Virus record (IMG/VR): IMGVR_UViG_3300030116_000815
Coordinates: 1 to 55,040 of that record
Length of the DNA: 55,040 nucleotides
From: a virus
Lineage: Duplodnaviria; Caudoviricetes
Direction: 5' to 3' (one strand)
Below, piece by piece: positions 28,151 through 36,276 of the stretch. A model generated the notes under the pieces. The model was not told the origin of the DNA. It saw only the letters and a list, made by a program, of their open reading frames with translations, and did not search any database. Each line of letters starts with the position of its first letter. Position 1 is the stretch's first letter. Position numbers and translations under genes: made by a program.

Positions 28151-28291
28151 ATTTTCCTCCTCATAATAGTATTAAAGTTAAAAGGGTTTGTGAGCCAACC
28201 AACCCCAAAGTTGTGGTCAAAGCCAAGCCTACTAGCACATTGTATGGAGATAGAGGGCTTTGCATTCGGCTACTCGTTATCATTGCCCAGA

Positions 28292-28320
28292 AGTATATCA
28301 CTCCTCCAACCCTGTGTCAA
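28292..28320 (-). promoter_or_regulatory. sigma70 promoter for ssb
   Basis: TTGACA-N17-TATACT with extended TG. Confidence 0.8.
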
Positions 28321-28519
28321 GTATTTTATCAATATTTTTTATATCATCTTCTTCTATGTTCAATAGTTCTACTTCAAATGTATCTCCATTACCCATAAAT
28401 GTAACGACATAATGTACCTCAAAATCGTGTTCTTGTCTTAAGAAGTCTACAGATTTTACAAACTGTTGATATTCTTCTTTATTTAGTATGGATTTCATAC
28501 TGCCTCCTTTGTCCACCAA
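28298..28519 (-). CDS. Hypothetical protein (likely start 28498)
   Basis: AGGAGG SD before MKSILN; coupled to upstream gene. Confidence 0.55.
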   Translation of the reverse strand: MVDKGGSMKSILNKEEYQQFVKSVDFLRQEHDFEVHYVVTFMGNGDTFEVELLNIEEDDIKNIDKILDTGLEE

Positions 28520-29040
28520 GTCGGTTTAGACCTACCTCGTTCCCACTTGGCATAATGTTTTTCGTTAATGCAATAGTTGCGATAAGCAACAATAGGGTCT
28601 TCATCTTTATACTCCTCGGGCATAGCCTGTGCTACTGTTGTCATGTTCCAATTACGCACTACTGGATGGTCAAGTGGAACATCTCCTACAGTCAAATTCC
28701 AATCTGTAATATTCTTAGGATGCTTTTTCAAAGGTTTACTAAGCTTTGTAATACTTGCATGTTCTTTACCATATCTATATGTATATTCTTTTCCTAATGC
28801 AATAAAATGGTCATACAACCATTTGTAATTACCAAGACATTCCCTAGCCCATATAGTGCATGGATGGTTCCAATAGGCTCTCTTATATAGTCCTACTTTA
28901 TCAGCATAATCATCTCCATCTAGTTCTCTATGTGCTGTGCATAGCATCTGTGCTGTTTCCAAAGGCATCTTTACTAGCATCTTATCTGGTTGTGCTTGTG
29001 CAGATTTCTTTGGACAATCATAAAAATAAAATATATTCAT
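28495..29040 (-). CDS. Pyrimidine-dimer DNA glycosylase-like protein
   Basis: MNIFY, KMPLETAQML, NHPCTIW, EY.YRY.K.H, QAMP, AYRNY. Confidence 0.75.
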   Translation of the reverse strand: MNIFYFYDCPKKSAQAQPDKMLVKMPLETAQMLCTAHRELDGDDYADKVGLYKRAYWNHPCTIWARECLGNYKWLYDHFIALGKEYTYRYGKEHASITKLSKPLKKHPKNITDWNLTVGDVPLDHPVVRNWNMTTVAQAMPEEYKDEDPIVAYRNYCINEKHYAKWERGRSKPTWWTKEAV

Positions 29041-29195
29041 CTACCTTGCCCTCGATATTTTTTATAACTTCTTTTCTTGTTCTTGTTCATGTGTGCCATT
29101 GATATTTTAATACGCCTAGAACGACCTCCTGTGCCCTGTGAGGTGCTTTTCTTGACATGGTCAATGGTTTGTATTGTTTTACCTCTAACTGCCAT
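29037..29195 (-). CDS. Small basic protein (52 aa, ends KKYRGQGR)
   Basis: Read manually; stop overlaps next ATG (ATGA); Lys/Arg-rich. Confidence 0.65.
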   Translation of the reverse strand: MAVRGKTIQTIDHVKKSTSQGTGGRSRRIKISMAHMNKNKKRSYKKYRGQGR

Positions 29196-29403
29196 CTTTG
29201 TATCTAAATCCTAGCATATCCATAACAGGCAAACAATATTCAATTTCTTCTTGTGTCATTGTTTTAGAATTTCTAATACAATTAATTCCTGTTTCTACAG
29301 AAAATTGCCTCAACTCTTTTATTGTCATGAATTGAACACCTATAGCAATAATTAAACCAATAATTATTCCTAAGTAATTTACATGTAATATCCCTCTTGT
29401 CAT
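29185..29403 (-). CDS. Hypothetical membrane protein
   Basis: GGAGG SD; one hydrophobic helix. Confidence 0.55.
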   Translation of the reverse strand: MTRGILHVNYLGIIIGLIIAIGVQFMTIKELRQFSVETGINCIRNSKTMTQEEIEYCLPVMDMLGFRYKDGS

Positions 29404-29411
29404 ACTTCCTC

Positions 29412-29669
29412 CTAATGTAATGTATGTTTGTTATTATCCCTCAACATTGTCTCAATGTCAAATGGTATGTGCTTCCTCAACTCTCTCAAGTGTTGGAAGT
29501 CTCCTTTAAAATCATAAGTCTTGTCATTTTCGGTGTCTTCTATTGTAAATATATTTTCTACACCCTCAATCAAAACTAGATTATCAATAGCAAACTCAAT
29601 AGAATTTGCATATGTTTTGATGAGTTCTGTATTACCCTCAATCAAAACTTTAAATATGTATTCCTTCAT
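29412..29669 (-). CDS. Hypothetical protein
   Basis: Tightly packed ORF with SD in early cluster. Confidence 0.55.
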   Translation of the reverse strand: MKEYIFKVLIEGNTELIKTYANSIEFAIDNLVLIEGVENIFTIEDTENDKTYDFKGDFQHLRELRKHIPFDIETMLRDNNKHTLH

Positions 29670-29919
29670 TTAGTTCCCTCAACTCTTGATATGTTGTAAT
29701 GTGTGGGTATTTTTTTAATTGTTTCATAATCCATTTGTCTGTCATGTATGACAAAAACATTTGACCTGCACCAAATGTATGTGTTTGTTCTGGTATAAGT
29801 TCATTCACATTATCAACAGTAATTGTTTTACTTTGTTCTTCTGGCAATAAAGATTGCAACCATTCTACTTGAATAGGTTTAACTCTTGCCCTTAACTCTT
29901 TCATTTTCTTTGCATTCAT
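29650..29919 (-). CDS. Hypothetical protein
   Basis: Overlapping start/stop with neighbours. Confidence 0.55.
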   Translation of the reverse strand: MNAKKMKELRARVKPIQVEWLQSLLPEEQSKTITVDNVNELIPEQTHTFGAGQMFLSYMTDKWIMKQLKKYPHITTYQELRELNEGIHI

Positions 29920-30266
29920 TCTAATACTTTGAACTCCATGTATGGTTGTTCTCTATGTCCTCTTGGCAACCATTCTATTTCATCTTCAACGCTTAACGCT
30001 GTAATATTTTGAACATCTATATTACTACCTGTATCATAATCATATCCCATCAGTAATGCTTTACCTGCTAGATTACGACCTCTGATATTAAAATACATGT
30101 TCTCCCTCAATAACCCTTCATCATCTACCCATAATGTATTATCATCATCAAATTGTATTGCATCAACTGTGCTACAGTTCATCAACAAATAACAATCCTC
30201 AAGATTACCTAGTATATCTACCTCTTTGACTGTGTGGTCAAATGGATTAATCAGTATTCCTTTCAT
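29916..30266 (-). CDS. DUF3846-like protein
   Basis: LINP, LWVDDEGLL, LAGKALL.G motifs; GGAGGAG SD. Confidence 0.65.
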   Translation of the reverse strand: MKGILINPFDHTVKEVDILGNLEDCYLLMNCSTVDAIQFDDDNTLWVDDEGLLRENMYFNIRGRNLAGKALLMGYDYDTGSNIDVQNITALSVEDEIEWLPRGHREQPYMEFKVLE

Positions 30267-30471
30267 AATATCTCCTCCCTCTTGAGATTAATGTTGCAAT
30301 AACTTCTCCTGCAACTTCATAAATAAATTGTTCTGTGCATTCCTCATTCTCATAACCTTTCAGTTCTTCCATGATTATCATGCTTATTTCTTCTATACTT
30401 TCATCTGTCAATCTTCTGACAACTTCGTAGTCTCTAACTAATACATTAGATACTGTGCTATAAATACTCAT
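30247..30471 (-). CDS. Hypothetical protein
   Basis: Coupled ORF with SD. Confidence 0.5.
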   Translation of the reverse strand: MSIYSTVSNVLVRDYEVVRRLTDESIEEISMIIMEELKGYENEECTEQFIYEVAGEVIATLISRGRRYYERNTD

Positions 30472-30662
30472 ATCATTCTCTCCTCTAGCATTTCTTCTGC
30501 TAGTATATCTAGTATTTCATCTCTATCATCATCTGCATGTAGTCCATACTCTAATGAAATATCATCTACTCTTGCCATATGTATATCATCTAAAGATAAT
30601 TCACATTGTGCAATATCTTCCCAAATTTCTTCCCATATCATATCATTTATTTGATTGCTCAT
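30468..30662 (-). CDS. Acidic hypothetical protein (likely start MSNQIND)
   Basis: GGAGG SD upstream of the ATG at 30662. Confidence 0.5.
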   Translation of the reverse strand: MSNQINDMIWEEIWEDIAQCELSLDDIHMARVDDISLEYGLHADDDRDEILDILAEEMLEERMI

Positions 30663-30804
30663 TGTCTTTGCCCTCCACAGCATCCATCATTTTCATCATG
30701 TTATTATACATAAACTCATCATACTCTTGTTGAGCAATGAATTTTTTATACTCATCACTATCTTCATCAACATTCTCTATCCATTCTCTAAATACTTTAC
30801 TCAT
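30643..30804 (-). CDS. Small hypothetical protein (53 aa)
   Basis: Read manually; AAGGAG SD; fills the gap between two track ORFs. Confidence 0.5.
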   Translation of the reverse strand: MSKVFREWIENVDEDSDEYKKFIAQQEYDEFMYNNMMKMMDAVEGKDNEQSNK

Positions 30805-31057
30805 ACTCACTCCTTAAGTCTGTAATATATTCATCAAGACTATTAAATATACTTTGTATATTAGTATAATTTATATCGGAACCTTGTAATTTAACAGACA
30901 ATCCATGTAATGCTCTTACCACATAGACTATATCCATATCTAAAATACTTATCCAATCCTGTTTTGTTTCTGACCAATATAATATATCATCAGTCATATC
31001 TGCAGGAACATTATATCCCATAGTTTTTGTTATGTCAAGTGCTTGTTTTACTTTCAT
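30797..31057 (-). CDS. Hypothetical protein
   Basis: AGGAG SD. Confidence 0.55.
   Translation of the reverse strand: MKVKQALDITKTMGYNVPADMTDDILYWSETKQDWISILDMDIVYVVRALHGLSVKLQGSDINYTNIQSIFNSLDEYITDLRSEYE
31010..31038 (-). promoter_or_regulatory. Consensus sigma70 promoter inside a coding region
   Basis: TTGACA-N17-TATAAT. Confidence 0.65.
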
Positions 31058-31066
31058 ATGCTTCTC

Positions 31067-31777
31067 CTATAAATGAACTACAAAACCAGTCATATCTTGT
31101 TTTGCTTTACCCTTTGCTTTTAGACCTACAACTACATTTTGTTTGTCTAAAAATCTTAAATCACTCTCATCTCCATCAATAACTTCTTTGCCTTTCCAAA
31201 AGATAGGCAAGATTTTAGTGTTAAAGACAACAGCAATATTGTATTTGATGGTGTCAAAGTATTCGGCATACTTTTGGTTTGCCTCACTATAACTCCATGT
31301 CAAATGATAGTTATCAATACCCTCAATTTTTCTTGTAGGTATCTTTGTGTAATCATAAAACTGAACATCTGGAAAATGCTCAAACACATTCTTACCATCA
31401 TATTCAATCTTCTCATACTGTATATCACTAGTGCCATTCAATCTAATGGCAGGTCGCTTATCTTTATTAGCACAGTATCTTACAAACTTCCCAATATCTG
31501 TAAGCAACTGTTCCATAAAGGAAGGTCTATCATTCAAATACAGATTGGTCTTACGCTTCCTTGCCTCCTGTATTACATTGGTGGTCTCTCCTCTCTTAAT
31601 AATACCACCTCTACCTGCTGTGTTAAGACAAGCGACCTTACACCCAGCAATATCCTGATAAGGACAAATCTTTGTATTGATAGGTTTCATATGTAGAATA
31701 GATGTAATGTATCTATCATCTACTTTTCTGCCCTTCAATATCTTTGGATTGTTTATTGTTAATAATTTATATGTCAT
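31067..31777 (-). CDS. Gp88-like (radical-SAM-related) phage protein
   Basis: CP....GC..ACLN.AG.G, IRLNGTSDI, FYDYTK, NYHLTWSYSE, DGDESDLRFLD. Confidence 0.7.
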   Translation of the reverse strand: MTYKLLTINNPKILKGRKVDDRYITSILHMKPINTKICPYQDIAGCKVACLNTAGRGGIIKRGETTNVIQEARKRKTNLYLNDRPSFMEQLLTDIGKFVRYCANKDKRPAIRLNGTSDIQYEKIEYDGKNVFEHFPDVQFYDYTKIPTRKIEGIDNYHLTWSYSEANQKYAEYFDTIKYNIAVVFNTKILPIFWKGKEVIDGDESDLRFLDKQNVVVGLKAKGKAKQDMTGFVVHL

Positions 31778-31778
31778 T

Positions 31779-32021
31779 TTAATGCACCAATGTTAAATGT
31801 GGTTCTTGTTTTTCTACTTCTTGCTCATATGGATTTGCTAATATTTCAAACTCCACATCTGCTCTTACAACTATCTGTAAAAACTCTAAGACTAATTCAA
31901 TCATGTCTTCTCTACTCATAGTTCCAAGTAGTTCACTCATTTCTTGAAAGTCTTTTTCCTCAACATCACTTTGTTCAAATGCTATCTTTTCAATCTCACT
32001 AAATAATTCTAATACTTTCAT
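31779..32021 (-). CDS. Hypothetical protein (likely start MKVLELF)
   Basis: GGAGAGAGG SD; downstream of the repeated early element. Confidence 0.55.
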   Translation of the reverse strand: MKVLELFSEIEKIAFEQSDVEEKDFQEMSELLGTMSREDMIELVLEFLQIVVRADVEFEILANPYEQEVEKQEPHLTLVH

Positions 32022-32047
32022 ATGCCTCTCTCCTGTGCTGTGCACCC

Positions 32048-32066
32048 ATTATAGCATCCCTGTCAA
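32048..32066 (-). promoter_or_regulatory. Early promoter-like element 1, TTGACA-N7-TATAAT (extended -10)
   Basis: cTTGACAgggaTGcTATAATg; repeated at 33668 and 33962. Confidence 0.65.
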
Positions 32067-32098
32067 GGCAACTTATAATAGGTGCTACACATTATATA

Positions 32099-32566
32099 TT
32101 AACCTACAAATTTAGCAATCAATGTCTCAACTAAATCTTTAGCATTGAAATCGCCACCCATAGTTGCCAATCCAAGTTCATCTGATATACCTGTTCTAAT
32201 GCTAGAAGGTATATTAGTTCTGTATTCAAAGTCTTTTGCTTTAGAATTACCATAACAACCAAGATTTAATTCAACATATGTTCCCTCATAGTGATACCTA
32301 TATGAATGGTCATCTATATTACAGTTTTCTCTATTGAAATCTGTAGTTAAGTTTTCCAAATCCTGTTTTAATTCATTTCTTTGTTTTTCTAAATCAGAAA
32401 TTTGGTCTACAAGACTATTGTATTCAGACAAAAGTTTATTACATTCTTCTTCATAACCTGATGCAAATACTAATTGTTTCATTTCAGATAGACTTTTCTC
32501 TTTCCAAGCATTAACTACTTGTCTTTCAATAATTTCTCTATCCACCACTCTCATTGCTTTACTCAT
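32099..32566 (-). CDS. Hypothetical coiled-coil protein (likely start MSKAMRV)
   Basis: GGAGG SD before the ATG at 32566. Confidence 0.6.
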   Translation of the reverse strand: MSKAMRVVDREIIERQVVNAWKEKSLSEMKQLVFASGYEEECNKLLSEYNSLVDQISDLEKQRNELKQDLENLTTDFNRENCNIDDHSYRYHYEGTYVELNLGCYGNSKAKDFEYRTNIPSSIRTGISDELGLATMGGDFNAKDLVETLIAKFVG

Positions 32567-32588
32567 ATGCCCTCCATATTTAAAGCGT

Positions 32589-32612
32589 GGTGGCAATCCG
32601 AAGACTACCACC
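32589..32612 (-). other. Stable C(UUCG)G hairpin in intergenic RNA (stabiliser or terminator)
   Basis: GGUGGUAGUC-UUCG-GAUUGCCACC. Confidence 0.6.
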
Positions 32613-32621
32613 GATTAAAAT

Positions 32622-33029
32622 TTATGCGAACAAGGATTTAATCCCTTGCCACACTCTACCTAGAACAGATGTGTTTTTGTAATACACAATCTTATCTAAT
32701 GACTGTAATGTTTCTTGAACATCAATATTATTTGGTATCTCTAATACCTGCATACCTGTATTTGCTTTACCAAGTTTAAGTTTCTTGGTAAAGTATAACT
32801 CCTTGACAGGATTGTCAAGTTGTTGATATGCCGATACTTTTCTGAAATGAAACCCCATAAAAGTTCTACCTGTTGTAGTTCCAAATCTTTCTTTACCACT
32901 ACGAACTCTAGCAATATTAATGCCTTCTGTATGTAGTTTGTTCCACAACATTCTAATTGAATGTGGTGCGTGTGCTATGGCAGTAGTCGTTTGACTACCA
33001 CCATTTGTATATGTAATTTTACCCATCAT
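32622..33029 (-). CDS. Hypothetical protein
   Basis: GGGAG SD, early cluster. Confidence 0.6.
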   Translation of the reverse strand: MMGKITYTNGGSQTTTAIAHAPHSIRMLWNKLHTEGINIARVRSGKERFGTTTGRTFMGFHFRKVSAYQQLDNPVKELYFTKKLKLGKANTGMQVLEIPNNIDVQETLQSLDKIVYYKNTSVLGRVWQGIKSLFA

Positions 33030-33249
33030 AACTCCCGACTGTTAAGTCAATGTCTTCATGACCATCTTTACTAAACAAAGTTAGTTTATAATCTCGGTCA
33101 TAATATACTTTGTTATTATCTTCATCCCAAGTGAAATCTCTTGCAGTAATAACAATATCTCTAACAAAAGTATCACTTTCACTTTCACTACCACCTAATT
33201 TATGTGAGTTAGTAGTAATTTTCACAACTCTATGTATTGACAAATCCAT
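33019..33249 (-). CDS. Hypothetical protein (likely start MDLSIH)
   Basis: AAGGAGG SD. Confidence 0.55.
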   Translation of the reverse strand: MDLSIHRVVKITTNSHKLGGSESESDTFVRDIVITARDFTWDEDNNKVYYDRDYKLTLFSKDGHEDIDLTVGSYDG

Positions 33250-33250
33250 A

Positions 33251-33583
33251 TTAGTCCTCCTTATCAACTAAACAAAAATCAATCTTTGCTACATATTTAC
33301 CAATCAATTGGTCTCTTACATTTTTAAGAGCATCTTCTGCTTCTCTTTGAATTTCATCAATGGTTTCATATTCAAACCTATCAACTTTCTCCTCTAAGTC
33401 GCTTACAGTATATTCTAAGTTCTCAAAATCATATTTATAATCATCAATCTTAGTCAACTCATCTCCAACCATTTCATCAACTTCATTAAAAATGTAGTTT
33501 TTGAATTGGTCATCACTAATTAGCCATTTAACAATGACACCCTTGAGACTAAACTGTCTCACTTTTCTAAGTATATTTTCCAT
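33251..33583 (-). CDS. Hypothetical acidic coiled-coil protein
   Basis: GGAGG SD. Confidence 0.55.
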   Translation of the reverse strand: MENILRKVRQFSLKGVIVKWLISDDQFKNYIFNEVDEMVGDELTKIDDYKYDFENLEYTVSDLEEKVDRFEYETIDEIQREAEDALKNVRDQLIGKYVAKIDFCLVDKED

Positions 33584-33667
33584 ATTTATTGCCCTCCAGC
33601 ATAATAGAATTTATATTTATATATATTTAATTACCAACCTTCCACCCGTTCTGTTTGTTCTGGGAAC

Positions 33668-33686
33668 ATTATAGCATCCCTGTCAA
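33668..33686 (-). promoter_or_regulatory. Early promoter-like element 2, TTGACA-N7-TATAAT
   Basis: ttaacttgtcTTGACAgggaTGcTATAATg. Confidence 0.65.
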
Positions 33687-33699
33687 GACAAGTTAAGTC

Positions 33700-33930
33700 T
33701 TAAAACTCTATAACCTGCCATACTGTTCCCTTTTGCATTGAACTACCATCAAGGAAATCAAATGTAGATTTCAAATAAGCAGTCTCCTTGCCATTAGTCC
33801 AAATTTCACTCCTGTCCTCTTTGAAATTATTACCCGACTTGTATGAATAACCCAACTCATTCATGTAAATAGTCGCTTTCTCTTGAGAAGTGAACTGTGA
33901 AACATAAAATTTTCCTACTTTAATACGCAT
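33700..33930 (-). CDS. Hypothetical early protein (likely start MRIKVG)
   Basis: GGAG SD; downstream of element 3. Confidence 0.5.
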   Translation of the reverse strand: MRIKVGKFYVSQFTSQEKATIYMNELGYSYKSGNNFKEDRSEIWTNGKETAYLKSTFDFLDGSSMQKGTVWQVIEF

Positions 33931-33961
33931 ATACATCTCCGTTTGGTTGCTGTGTGGAGAC

Positions 33962-33980
33962 ATTATACCACCCCTGTCAA
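33962..33980 (-). promoter_or_regulatory. Early promoter-like element 3, TTGACA-N7-TATAAT
   Basis: ttaacttgtcTTGACAggggTGgTATAATg. Confidence 0.65.
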
Positions 33981-34040
33981 GACAAGTTAAGTTTTAAGAA
34001 TAATAGTCTGTAGAGTGCTTAAAAACAACCTTAAATTTAC

Positions 34041-34093
34041 TTACCCACAACCTTTTCACAACTTATCCACAAGTTATAAACAGGTTATCCACA
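34041..34093 (+). promoter_or_regulatory. Array of five DnaA boxes in 11-bp phase
   Basis: TTACCCACA 34041, CTTTTCACA 34052, TTATCCACA 34063, TTATAAACA 34074, TTATCCACA 34085; each has at most 1 mismatch to TTWTNCACA. Confidence 0.8.
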
Positions 34094-34108
34094 GTAAAAT
34101 TTGCAACA

Positions 34109-34141
34109 TTGTTTCATAATTGTAACATAATTGTAACATAA
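34109..34141. repeat. Three tandem 11-bp repeats TTGT(TT/AA)CATAA
   Basis: Units start at 34109, 34120 and 34131. Confidence 0.75.
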
Positions 34142-34272
34142 CTTATACTTTCGCCCTCAACCAACAGCACCCCAATTTTTTAAATTTACTTAATTAAACT
34201 TACATACTTAATTAATTAATTACTTGCATGGCGTTTTCTGCACACACCCAAGCATATAAAAAGCATTCCTCA

Positions 34273-34281
34273 TTATCCACA
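34273..34281 (+). promoter_or_regulatory. Isolated perfect DnaA box
   Basis: TTATCCACA, beyond an AT-rich tract at about 34175-34225. Confidence 0.6.
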
Positions 34282-34308
34282 ATGGTCTCGCAAGAGTTTG
34301 ACAGGCAT

Positions 34309-34342
34309 AAAAAAAGCACCAAATTTATTAGACTTGGTGCTT
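34309..34342 (-). terminator. Intrinsic terminator after the 91-aa early gene
   Basis: AAGCACCAA/TTGGTGCTT stem followed by a U-tract on the - strand. Confidence 0.65.
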
Positions 34343-34353
34343 CTAAAGGCTAC

Positions 34354-34629
34354 TTACGCTTGGTTAGCGATGTAGTCATCAATCATTTTGAGATAAGTCT
34401 TAGCCAAAGTCTTGCCATTCAAGATTTTGTGTGCCTTCTCAAATGAGAGTTTGTTTCTCTTAGCAAGGTCGAACATCTGTGCAGTTATGCGTTTTTGCAT
34501 TAACCAGTTCATCTTGCCTGTCTTCGCATCTTTTGCGAATTTATATCCGATTGCTCGGCATTGTGGATATGATGCAGGCGAAGTTCTTCTATCTGTATCA
34601 TACTCGTTTATATTAAATGTATTTTCCAT
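34354..34629 (-). CDS. Hypothetical early protein
   Basis: TAAGGAGG SD; followed by a terminator. Confidence 0.7.
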   Translation of the reverse strand: MENTFNINEYDTDRRTSPASYPQCRAIGYKFAKDAKTGKMNWLMQKRITAQMFDLAKRNKLSFEKAHKILNGKTLAKTYLKMIDDYIANQA

Positions 34630-34644
34630 ATGTCCTCCTTAAGA

Positions 34645-34833
34645 CTAATAGGAATTAACTAATCCTTCCACATAATTGTGCAAGAACATCCATTCATCTG
34701 CATTACTGCAGTTGACTATTTCGCAATCGAAGCCCGATGCAATAAATTGCTTAGCGACTTCCATTGCTTTGTGAGTTGATTGGAACTCGTAAATTTCACC
34801 AGTTCCAAAGTTTAAGTGTATTATATTTTTCAT
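34645..34833 (-). CDS. Hypothetical early protein (likely start MKNIIH)
   Basis: First ORF of the - strand arm; no clear SD. Confidence 0.5.
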   Translation of the reverse strand: MKNIIHLNFGTGEIYEFQSTHKAMEVAKQFIASGFDCEIVNCSNADEWMFLHNYVEGLVNSY

Positions 34834-35755
34834 GCGATTTATGAATTTTATGAGTGGAGAAATTGTCAAGACTTGCGAAGTATGAGCAACTTGTATAGTC
34901 TTGATAATTTATACGCCATAAAATATAATTCGCAAAATGAAAAAGGTAATGCACTGTTAAGAACTTTGGTGCTGAGGGAGATTTGCGATGCATTTGTTCC
35001 AATCAAACTCACAAAGCGATGAGAACAAAGGTTAGCAATTTATAAGTCGGTGCCTTTCTGAGATTAGTGAAATGGTTGACTGCAAAGGAATGCTTAGATG
35101 AATGAATGTTCTTGGGTTTTGCATGATTATGAGGGAGGATTACTGCTTAATTTCTATTGGTTTTAAAGTAGTTGGAGGACAATATGGAAAATGCTTTTGA
35201 TATGAATGACTGATGCAGAATAGAAGGGCAAGTCTGCGTCATTGCATTTTTTCACAATGCCAGAACAATCGTGATAATAAATTTGTAAAAGATTTGCATT
35301 TAACAGGTATGATTAACTTGTTAACCTGAAAAAACGCAATAACTGCAGACTTATGTCGACCTTGCCCAAAGAGAAACACCTACTCTCGTTTGCTAGGTGC
35401 ACGAAATCTTGAATTACTCAAGAACTTTGGGTAAGATTTGTCCATAATGATTAGATGAGTAGGAGTTTTACCAAGCGTTGTAACTTTAGAGGCTCCAAAG
35501 TCTGATGAATTGGTGTCCTCAAAGGTCTGCAAAGTCTGTTTAGACCATTCAACGCTTGGGGGTGGGCAGGTCGCCATGCCCTCTATCCTGCATATACATC
35601 TAATACACGCACAAAATTTCACAAATCTGCCATTAACCAGACTAGTTAACGACCCGACTATAAAGACTATAATATTTTTTAGTGTTTTGGGAGGTTTTTT
35701 CCGACTATGAAATGTGGTGGGAGATATAGATATAACCCCCGGACCACTAATGTTC

Positions 35756-35784
35756 ATTATATATGTTTATATGGCTTTTGTCAA
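35756..35784 (-). promoter_or_regulatory. Consensus sigma70 promoter, leftward
   Basis: TTGACA-N17-TATAAT; back-to-back with the terS promoter. Confidence 0.8.
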
Positions 35785-35811
35785 TAGATTTAAACAATTA
35801 TTTTTAAATAC

Positions 35812-35840
35812 TTGACAAAACTGGTTTATGACTATATACT
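35812..35840 (+). promoter_or_regulatory. sigma70 promoter for the packaging/structural operon
   Basis: TTGACA-N17-TATACT. Confidence 0.8.
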
Positions 35841-35847
35841 TATACAC

Positions 35848-36276
35848 ATGGCTATACTTCCAAGCATAAATAGTAATGAAAGAAAAAGAGAGTTAACTGA
35901 CAAACAGGAGGCTTTTCTTACACATCTTGTAGAAACACAAGGAGATGCTAAGAAGGCTGCAGAACTTGCAGGGTACTCTTCACACTATCATCATGTTGTA
36001 AAGACTTTAAAGTCTGAAATACTTGAACTAACTCAAGAAGTATTAGCTAATTCTGCACCTAAAGCAGCATTTAAGCTTGTAGAGATTATGGAATCAAAGA
36101 AACCTATCATACAGGCTAATAATAAACTAGCTGCTGCACAAACTTTATTAGATAGAGTAGGTGTAGGAAAAATAGACAGAGTGGATGTAAATCATAATGT
36201 CAATACTGGTGGCATCTTTTTAATGCCGGACAAAAAACCTATTGATGCAGAATATGAGGAAGTAGATAATGCCTAG
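35848..36276 (+). CDS. terS: Terminase small subunit
   Basis: LTDKQEAFL...GD.KKAAELAGYS HTH, AAQTLLDRVG; upstream of terL. The track's TTG start lies in the -35 box, so ATG 35848 is preferred. Confidence 0.8.
   Translation: MAILPSINSNERKRELTDKQEAFLTHLVETQGDAKKAAELAGYSSHYHHVVKTLKSEILELTQEVLANSAPKAAFKLVEIMESKKPIIQANNKLAAAQTLLDRVGVGKIDRVDVNHNVNTGGIFLMPDKKPIDAEYEEVDNA

Noticed and set aside
33975-34000. CtrA box (TTAA-N7-TTAA) in the early elements
   Set aside because: Half-site spacings are 3 and 6 nt, not 7.
34228-34642. + strand ORFs of 72 and 76 aa
   Set aside because: Antisense to a gene with a strong SD; the first also spans that gene's terminator and a DnaA box.
35380-35757. 125-aa - strand ORF behind the leftward promoter
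   Set aside because: Its ATG overlaps the -10 box so it would not be on that transcript; no SD; atypical composition.
35812-35847. Track start of terS at TTG 35812
   Set aside because: The TTG is the -35 hexamer of the promoter; ATG 35848 is more plausible.
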